Assembly: GCF_047602025.1 (NCBI RefSeq)
Contig: NZ_JASGII010000001.1
Location: forward strand, 619,201-643,200
DNA: 24,000 nucleotides
Source of the DNA: Gordonia sp. (in: high G+C Gram-positive bacteria)
GTDB lineage: Bacteria > Actinomycetota > Actinomycetes > Mycobacteriales > Mycobacteriaceae
Direction: 5' to 3'
Shown piece by piece: positions 16,481 through 22,037 of this stretch; the stretch's first letter is position 1, and the number at the start of each line of letters is the position of its first letter. Position numbers and translations under genes: made by a program. The notes beneath the pieces are model-generated. The model did no database searches and was not told where the DNA came from. It saw only the letters and a program-made list of their open reading frames with translations.

Positions 16481-16536
16481 GGCTGACAAGAGATCGCGGC
16501 GCCGCCAGGCGGCCCGCACCCCGACCCGAGGATCAG

Positions 16537-18495
16537 ATGGCCCGCAACCGCATGAGGCTCTTCCCGTCCGCTCGGGGCGCTCACCGCGCCCCCGATCGCT
16601 TCGACGAGGATGGCGACTTCGACTGGGCCGAGCAGGCCATGATCGACGAGTCGATCGGCGATGACGCGGTTTCCTGGGACGTCGAGCGCTGGCAGCAGCA
16701 GGATGGCGAGCCGCTGCCCGACGCCATGCTGGTGCCGCCCGCGACCCCGTTGCACGTGTTGGCCGCGATTCGCCGGTTCCGCCCGTACATGAAGGGCCTC
16801 TACGGCCGCCTGGTCCTCGGTATCATCCTGCAACTGGTCGACCTGCTGGCCAACGTCGCCAGCATCGCGCTGTTCGCGACGATCGTCGACAAGGTGCTTG
16901 TGCCCGGCGGCAAGTTTGAGAACCTCGCCCAGCCGATGACCCTGTGGATCGCGGTGACCCTCATCGGCGCGCTCGCCTCCTATTTCGGCGAAGTCCTCAC
17001 CGGTGTCGTCGCCGAGCGCATGGTCATGCGCGTGCGCGACGACCTCTACGAGCACACCCAGCAGCTGGCTCCGCACGTGCGGCGCAAATACCCCTCCGGT
17101 GATCTGATCGCCCGGCACAGCGGCGACGTCGAGTCGACCGAGCACCTGGTGTCCTCGGCCGTCGTCGACGCGACGTTGGCCGTCATCTCGGTCATCGTCT
17201 ATGCGGCCGCGGCGCTGAAGGCCGACTGGAAGCTCGCCATGGTCGCCTTCGTGCTGGCGCCCATCCTGGCGATCATCTCGCGGTGGTTCGGCGTCGTACT
17301 CAAACGCGTGTCTCGCCGCGAGCGGATCGCCAACGGCAAGATCAGCGCCCTGGTCGCCGAGGGCGTCGACAACTCGCTGGCCATCCAGGCAGACAACCAG
17401 GGGCCCGCCGACCGGCGTCGAGTGCGAGCCCAGTCGCTCGAATGGATGCGGGCGCGCGTCACCGAGATCAAGGCAGGCGAGATCTACGGCCAGGCCGTGG
17501 CCATGGTCGAGTTGTTCGTCATGCTCGGCGTCCTCGTCCTCGGGGCCTGGCAGATCACGCACGGCCACACCACCCTCGGTGCGCTGATCGCCCTCACCGG
17601 CTATCTCGGCCAGCTGTACCCGCAGATCCAATCCCTGGGCAGCCTGGCGGTCTCCATCACCACCGCGACGGCCAGCGCCGAGCGTGTCGCCCAGGTCCTC
17701 GACGAGCCGATCGCCATCGCCGACGACGAGGTCGACACCGACCCCGAGTCCGAGCTGCCGGTGCCCGCCGCGCTGCCCGTGCACACCAAGGGTGGGGTGC
17801 CGGTGGCCTTCGAACACGTCGACTTCGCCTACCCAGACTCGGGCACCAAGGTCTTCGACGACTTCAACCTCGACTTGGGCGCGGGCGAGTTCGTCTCCCT
17901 CGTCGGACCGAGCGGCGCCGGCAAGACGACCGTCACGCACCTGCTGCTGCGGTTCTACGACCCGGACTCGGGCACCGTGCGGATCGACGGCACCGACCTG
18001 TCGACCGAATCGCTCACCGCGGTCCGCAACCACATCACCCTGCTGCCGCAGCGGATCGCGATCTACCGCGGCACGATCGCCGACAACATCCGGTTCTCCT
18101 GCCCCGGCGCCTCGCGCGAGGAGATCGTCGCCGCCGCCCGTGCCGCCGACGCACACGACTTCATCGTGGGCCTCCCCGACGGCTACGACACCGAGCTGCG
18201 CGACGCCGGTGCCAACCTGTCCGGCGGCCAGCGACAGCGGATCGCCCTGGCGCGCGCCTTCCTGCGCGACACCCCGGTGCTGATCCTGGACGAGCCGACG
18301 ACCGGCCTGGACGCGGCCACCACCGAGCGCGTCCTGGAGCCGATGATGCGGTTGGCGACCTCGCGCACGACCATCCTGATCACGCACGACGCGGAGCTGG
18401 CGGCCAAGGCGCCGCGCGTCGTCGAATTGACCCCCGTCGCAGACGCGTCGGACGACCGACCCGCCCGGCGGGCCGAGGGAGAGGGAGTCCAATGA
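16537..18495 (+). CDS. ABC exporter, fused permease + ATPase (type I exporter fold) with ~70-aa acidic N-terminal extension
   Basis: GAGGA lies 4 nt before ATG 16537. Six TM segments, then Walker A GPSGAGKTT, Q-loop LLPQ, signature LSGGQRQRIALARAF, Walker B VLILDEPT and H-loop ITHD. Confidence 0.9.
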   Translation: MARNRMRLFPSARGAHRAPDRFDEDGDFDWAEQAMIDESIGDDAVSWDVERWQQQDGEPLPDAMLVPPATPLHVLAAIRRFRPYMKGLYGRLVLGIILQLVDLLANVASIALFATIVDKVLVPGGKFENLAQPMTLWIAVTLIGALASYFGEVLTGVVAERMVMRVRDDLYEHTQQLAPHVRRKYPSGDLIARHSGDVESTEHLVSSAVVDATLAVISVIVYAAAALKADWKLAMVAFVLAPILAIISRWFGVVLKRVSRRERIANGKISALVAEGVDNSLAIQADNQGPADRRRVRAQSLEWMRARVTEIKAGEIYGQAVAMVELFVMLGVLVLGAWQITHGHTTLGALIALTGYLGQLYPQIQSLGSLAVSITTATASAERVAQVLDEPIAIADDEVDTDPESELPVPAALPVHTKGGVPVAFEHVDFAYPDSGTKVFDDFNLDLGAGEFVSLVGPSGAGKTTVTHLLLRFYDPDSGTVRIDGTDLSTESLTAVRNHITLLPQRIAIYRGTIADNIRFSCPGASREEIVAAARAADAHDFIVGLPDGYDTELRDAGANLSGGQRQRIALARAFLRDTPVLILDEPTTGLDAATTERVLEPMMRLATSRTTILITHDAELAAKAPRVVELTPVADASDDRPARRAEGEGVQ

Positions 18496-19193
18496 AGAAC
18501 TGGAAGCTGACGGCGGCGCTCTCCGCGCCGATCCTCGCCGCCGGTGTGCTGATGGGCGGCGGCGCCGTCTACGCCGCACCGGGTGACGGCGGCGGCAACG
18601 GTGGCGGCGGCGGCAATTCCGGCGGCCCGAGCGGCGGTGGTGGCAACCACGGCGGCCCCAGCGGCGGCGGTGGCGACCACGGCGGCCCGAGCGGCGGCGG
18701 TGGGCACCAGGGCGGTCCGGGCGGCGGCCTGGGCGGCGATGGTGGCCGAGGCGGCGACGGCGGTCGCGGCGGTGAGCACGGCGATCGCGGTGGTGACGGC
18801 GGCCGGGGCGGCCACGACCATGGGGATCGGGGCCCGCGCGGCGATCGCGGTGACCGGGGCGATCGCGGCGACCGTGGCGACCGCGGTGACCGGGGCAATC
18901 GCGGTGACCGTGGCCATCGGGGCGATCGCGGACATCGCGGCGACCGTGGCCACTGGGGCGATCGCGGCCCGCGCGGCCCGCGCCACGACCACCGCCACCC
19001 GCGGGGCAACGGCCCGTGGTACGACCCCAACCCGTACAACCGGCCGCACCGGCACAACCCGCGGCAGCGGCCACCGCACTACGGCCCGCAGTACTGGCCC
19101 GAGAACAACCGGCGCTACCGCGAGATGCGTCGGCAGTACCGCGGTCACTACCACTACTACGGCCCGTGGGCGGTCCCGCGCAGCTGGAGCTAG
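18492..19193 (+). CDS. Secreted Gly-rich / collagen-like (Gly-Asp-Arg)n protein with Tyr/Arg/Pro/His-rich C-terminal tail
   Basis: ATG 18492 overlaps the ABC stop (ATGA), and GAGGGAG lies 4 nt upstream. Signal peptide [28 protein letters not shown] then APGD. Next come GGPSGGGG(N/D/H)H repeats, 18 uninterrupted G-X-Y triplets, and the tail ...[26 protein letters not shown]. Confidence 0.8.
   Translation: MKNWKLTAALSAPILAAGVLMGGGAVYAAPGDGGGNGGGGGNSGGPSGGGGNHGGPSGGGGDHGGPSGGGGHQGGPGGGLGGDGGRGGDGGRGGEHGDRGGDGGRGGHDHGDRGPRGDRGDRGDRGDRGDRGDRGNRGDRGHRGDRGHRGDRGHWGDRGPRGPRHDHRHPRGNGPWYDPNPYNRPHRHNPRQRPPHYGPQYWPENNRRYREMRRQYRGHYHYYGPWAVPRSWS
18822..18983 (+). repeat. 18 consecutive in-frame Gly-X-Y triplets ([54 protein letters not shown])
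   Basis: 9-nt periodic DNA (GGN GAY CGN) with synonymous variation between units. A broader Gly-rich region starts near 18583. Confidence 0.85.
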
Positions 19194-19206
19194 TCGGCCA
19201 TGACTG

Positions 19207-19242
19207 ATTCGGCCCCCGTCCACGTGTGGACGGGGGCCGAAT
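19207..19242. terminator. Bidirectional stem-loop terminator between the collagen-like gene and convergent mscL
   Basis: ATTCGGCCCCCGTCCAC (19207-19223) and GTGGACGGGGGCCGAAT (19226-19242), followed by TCTGTCTG. It sits between stops at 19193 (+) and 19257 (-). Confidence 0.7.
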
Positions 19243-19256
19243 TCTGTCTGTGCCCG

Positions 19257-20048
19257 CTAGCGCGAGTGGCGGCCGGGGTGGTCCGGCGGCAGGTCCGGAT
19301 CGGGGTACCCGGGGTAGCCGCCGTCGGAATACCCCGTGTCGGAGTAGCCACCGTCGTCGTAGCCACCGGCCTGGTAGCCGCCGCCGGCCGGCGGCGGCAC
19401 GGGCGGCTGCGAGCCGGTGGGGTAGCCGCCGCGCGGCTGGTAGGCGCCGGGTGCGGGCGGGGGAGTGCCGACCGGGGGCTGCGAGCCGGTGGGGTAGCCG
19501 CCGCGCGGCTGGTAGGCGCCGGGTGCGGGCGGGGGTCCGCCGACCGGGGGCTGCGAGCCGGTGGGGTAGCCGCCGGCGGGGCGGATCATCGGCGCGGCAT
19601 CGGCCTTGGCCTTCGCGTCGGCCTTCGCGTCGGCGTCAGGATCCATCAGGTTGCGGATCTCGGTGAGCAGCGAGACCTCGGTGTCCTCGTCCTTGTCGCC
19701 ACCGGACACCAGGCCGGACAGCTTGTTGTACGGCAGCACGATGATGAAGTAGACGACGGCGGCCACGATCAGGAAGTTGATCGCCGCGGTGATCACCGCG
19801 GAGAGGTCGACGTAGTTCAGCGCGCTGGTGACGTTGGTGTTGTCCTTGGCGAGCCGGCATTCGCCGATGCAGAAGCCGAGGCCCTTGACGGCGTTGGGGT
19901 CGTTGCCGCCGAACGAGTTGATCAGCGGCTGGATGACCTTCTCGGTGAAGGCGGTGACGATCGCGGTGAACGCGGCGCCGATGATGACCGCCGTCGACAA
20001 TTCGACGACGTTCCCGCGAAGGATGAAGTCCTTGAAGCCTTTGAACAC
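19257..20048 (-). CDS. mscL: Large-conductance mechanosensitive channel MscL with long Pro/Gly/Tyr-rich C-terminal extension
   Basis: GAGAGGGG lies 6 nt before GTG 20048. The N-terminus (V)FKGFKDFILRGNVVELSTAVIIGAAFTAIV is the MscL signature. 263 aa versus about 130-150 aa typical. The track start at 20090 adds 14 non-conserved residues. Confidence 0.85.
   Translation of the reverse strand: MFKGFKDFILRGNVVELSTAVIIGAAFTAIVTAFTEKVIQPLINSFGGNDPNAVKGLGFCIGECRLAKDNTNVTSALNYVDLSAVITAAINFLIVAAVVYFIIVLPYNKLSGLVSGGDKDEDTEVSLLTEIRNLMDPDADAKADAKAKADAAPMIRPAGGYPTGSQPPVGGPPPAPGAYQPRGGYPTGSQPPVGTPPPAPGAYQPRGGYPTGSQPPVPPPAGGGYQAGGYDDGGYSDTGYSDGGYPGYPDPDLPPDHPGRHSR
19405..19574 (-). repeat. 72-bp tandem repeat (~2.4 copies) inside the mscL 3' region
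   Basis: Units begin at 19405, 19477 and 19549. Copies 1 and 2 differ at 3 of 72 positions. On the minus strand they encode GGYPTGSQPPVG(G/T)PPPAPGAYQPR. Confidence 0.85.
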
Positions 20049-20218
20049 TGTGAGCCCCTCTCTCGGTATGCACAGTCTGTTTTTCGCCAAGCGTCCCGAC
20101 CCGAAGACGCAGCACAGTTGGCTGAATCGTAAACCCGGACCCCCACCAGGTCTGTCGTCTGACTTCGAATGGTTGTTTCATCGTGTGCAATCCGAGACGT
20201 TGCCGAATCAACCTCCCA

Positions 20219-20893
20219 TCAGTGGATGACGACGGTCAGTGCCGTGGTCAGACCCGCTGCCGCCACCCGGTTGGCGGCCGTCGATCCCATTGCCAGCAAC
20301 ACCGGCGATCCGCTCTCCCGGCGCCCGGGCTTGGCGCCGCGGCCCAACGCCACGACCGCCCCCTCGGCGACGACGACCGGCGGATCGCCCGCCCCGCCCT
20401 TGGTGAGGACGTCGACGACGTCACCGGGCTCCAGGAGGTCGGCGGTTCCGGTGTCGGCGAGGTGGACCGGGACGAGCCGGGCGCGCGGATCCCCGACCAG
20501 GCGGCGCGGCAGTCGCGAGCCGAGCAAGCGCGAGTCGGTGAGGATCTCCCCGCGCCGGACGGCCGAGGTCACCGTGCGGCCGCGGGCGTCGGCCGACAGC
20601 GCGAGGGCGCCGTCGGGAACGATCTCGGGGCGCACGCGCAATACCGCGACGTCGTCGGCGGTCAGCGGCGCCCCCGGCCGCAGGTCGCGGGTCGCGACGA
20701 CCACCGCGTCGCCGGGCGCCGCGCGCCGATCGGCGAGGAACGCACCCAGGGCCGCGAGCACCAGCAGGGCCGCGATAGCGCGTCGGACGAGGATCGACCG
20801 GGTCCAGCCCGGGCGCACCGCCCGGCGCGCGCGATCGCGCCAGCGCGGTGCCAGCTCGTGCCCCCGGCGGGGGCGTGTGCGCCGATCAGCCAT
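20219..20893 (-). CDS. SAF-domain (RcpC/CpaB-like) membrane-anchored protein
   Basis: Arg-rich N-terminus, one TM (AIAALLVLAALGAFL), then a VVVATRDLRPGAPLTADDV...RRGEILTDSRL SAF-like module. No obvious SD, so the start is uncertain. Confidence 0.7.
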   Translation of the reverse strand: MADRRTRPRRGHELAPRWRDRARRAVRPGWTRSILVRRAIAALLVLAALGAFLADRRAAPGDAVVVATRDLRPGAPLTADDVAVLRVRPEIVPDGALALSADARGRTVTSAVRRGEILTDSRLLGSRLPRRLVGDPRARLVPVHLADTGTADLLEPGDVVDVLTKGGAGDPPVVVAEGAVVALGRGAKPGRRESGSPVLLAMGSTAANRVAAAGLTTALTVVIH

Positions 20894-21000
20894 GGGACGA
20901 ACGTAGGCCGTCCCACCGTCGTGGCCCCTGCGGATGGCCCGGCTCCGCCAGTGGCCTGTGGACGCCTCCGGTCTGTGGATTGCCGCCGCGGACGGGCCGC

Positions 21001-21029
21001 GCTGGCACTCGGAATGAATGAGTGCCAGC
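21001..21029 (+). promoter_or_regulatory. CIRCE-type inverted repeat (HrcA operator)
   Basis: GCTGGCACTC-GGAATGAAT-GAGTGCCAGC, with perfect 10-bp arms and a 9-nt spacer. It matches the GCACTC-N9-GAGTGC core of the CIRCE consensus TTAGCACTC-N9-GAGTGCTAA. It lies 48 nt upstream of the zinc-ribbon gene. Confidence 0.75.
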
Positions 21030-21035
21030 GTCGGT

Positions 21036-21041
21036 TAGAAT
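21036..21041 (+). promoter_or_regulatory. Candidate -10 hexamer TAGAAT just downstream of CIRCE
   Basis: TAGAAT lies 35 nt upstream of GTG 21077. With this layout CIRCE would occupy the -35/spacer region, the usual repressor arrangement. Confidence 0.35.
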
Positions 21042-21076
21042 CAGCGAGTAACACGACGATCCGTGGAGGTTCCCTC

Positions 21077-21409
21077 GTGCCCACCTACTCCTACGCCTGC
21101 ACGAAGTGCGACAACAAGTTCGACATCGTGCAGTCCTTCTCCGACGACGCGCTCACCGAGTGCCCGGAGTGCAAGGGCAAGCTGCGCAAGCTGTTCAACA
21201 GCGTCGGCATCGTCTTCAAGGGCAGCGGCTTCTACCGGACCGACTCGCGAGCGGGCTCGGTGAAGGCCGACTCGGGCGACTCCGGCTCCTCGTCGGGCGA
21301 GAAGTCGTCGTCGAGCGAGAAGTCCTCGTCGACGGAGAAGTCGTCGTCGAAGTCGAAGTCCGCCGACAAGTCCTCGTCGAAGTCGAGCGGCTCCACCAAG
21401 TCGGCCTAG
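21077..21409 (+). CDS. FmdB-family zinc-ribbon protein with Ser/Lys-rich disordered tail (Rv0991c/Ruc-like)
   Basis: GGAGG lies 7 nt before GTG 21077. The N-terminus VPTYSYACTKCDNKFDIVQSFSDDALTECPECKGKLRKLF has two CxxC pairs. The tail has SSSGEKSSSSEKSSSTEKSSSKSKS repeats. 110 aa. Confidence 0.85.
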   Translation: MPTYSYACTKCDNKFDIVQSFSDDALTECPECKGKLRKLFNSVGIVFKGSGFYRTDSRAGSVKADSGDSGSSSGEKSSSSEKSSSTEKSSSKSKSADKSSSKSSGSTKSA

Positions 21410-21984
21410 CCGCCGACGCGGGTGAACCCCCCGGTCGGCGTCAGCACCCAGTCCATCGGCACGTCGGTCGGTTCGGCCGGCAACTCGGCCAACACCTCGT
21501 CGTCGTAGACGATCGCAATCCGCACCGCGCCGGCATCGGCCAGGCTGCGGTCGTAGTAGCCGGCGCCGCGGCCCAGCCGCGTGCCGTCCGGCGCGACCGC
21601 CAGGGCCGGCAGGAAGACGACGTCCGCGTCGGCAATCGCCTCGGGCCCCAGGGCGCCGGTCGTCGGCTCGGCCAATCCCCAGCGACGGGTGGTCAGCGCC
21701 TCGCCCGGCCGGTACTCGGCCCAGTGCAGCGGTTGCGGATCGCCGTCGGGGACGACGGGAACGAGAACGCGGAAGCCCTGGTCGACCAGGGCGTCGAGCA
21801 TCGAGTCCGAGCCCGGTTCGGTGCCGACCGGGAGGTAGCAGGCGATGGTGGCGCCCGGTGCTGCGTCGACGGGCAGGCGGTACATCCACTCGGCGAGGTT
21901 CAGCGCGGCCGACTCCACGTCGAAAACCGCCCTGGCCTCGCGATTCGCGCGCAATCGGGCCCGCACGTCGTGCTTGGATGTCAT
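21406..21984 (-). CDS. 5-formyltetrahydrofolate cyclo-ligase
   Basis: Start at ATG 21984 (MTSKHDVRARLRANR) after GGGAGAG. C-terminal GTRLGRGAGYYDR matches the family motif G-x-RLG-x-G-x-GYYDR. Matches the Rv0992c position next to galU. Confidence 0.8.
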   Translation of the reverse strand: MTSKHDVRARLRANREARAVFDVESAALNLAEWMYRLPVDAAPGATIACYLPVGTEPGSDSMLDALVDQGFRVLVPVVPDGDPQPLHWAEYRPGEALTTRRWGLAEPTTGALGPEAIADADVVFLPALAVAPDGTRLGRGAGYYDRSLADAGAVRIAIVYDDEVLAELPAEPTDVPMDWVLTPTGGFTRVGG

Positions 21985-21991
21985 CGACTCT

Positions 21992-22029
21992 CCCGCGATT
22001 GTCGCGGGCGGCCCCGCGCCGCCTACAGT
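21992..22029. promoter_or_regulatory. Divergent control region: palindrome CCCGCGA-TTG-TCGCGGG plus TACAGT -10 placed for a leaderless galU mRNA
   Basis: Palindrome arms at 21992-21998 and 22002-22008. TACAGT at 22024-22029 ends 8 nt before the galU ATG (22038). No SD precedes galU. Confidence 0.3.
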
Positions 22030-22037
22030 GTAGAGCC

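Noticed and set aside
16537-16760. Possible C39 peptidase or other bacteriocin-processing domain at the N-terminus of the ABC exporter
   Set aside because: The extension is only ~70-85 aa, has no Cys and no recognisable Cys/His catalytic context. The neighbouring peptide also has no double-Gly leader.
18583-18983. Short-period DNA repeats that could be mistaken for a CRISPR array or non-coding VNTR
   Set aside because: The period is 9 nt with no spacers. It is in frame with a signal-peptide ORF and shows synonymous third-position variation, so it is a coding Gly-X-Y repeat.
16252-19074. 940-aa minus-strand ORF; similar giant antisense or off-frame ORFs at 730..2580, 1997..4015, 11710..14223, 13523..15337, 15327..16268 and 22023..23969
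   Set aside because: Each lies opposite a + strand gene with clear domain motifs (ABC transporter, AAA+/vWA, MprB/PepD, porins, GalU/MoeA). Their translations are Arg/Gly/Ala/Pro- or Val-rich with no motifs. Long stop-free antisense frames are expected at this GC content.
13887-19256. The inserted block as a classical mobile genomic island or RiPP biosynthetic cluster
   Set aside because: I found no integrase, transposase, tRNA, flanking direct repeats or obvious compositional break. There is also no tailoring enzyme (P450, radical SAM, YcaO, LanM-like) in or beside the block. I therefore report it as a lineage-specific insertion of unknown origin. Modification by enzymes encoded elsewhere cannot be excluded.
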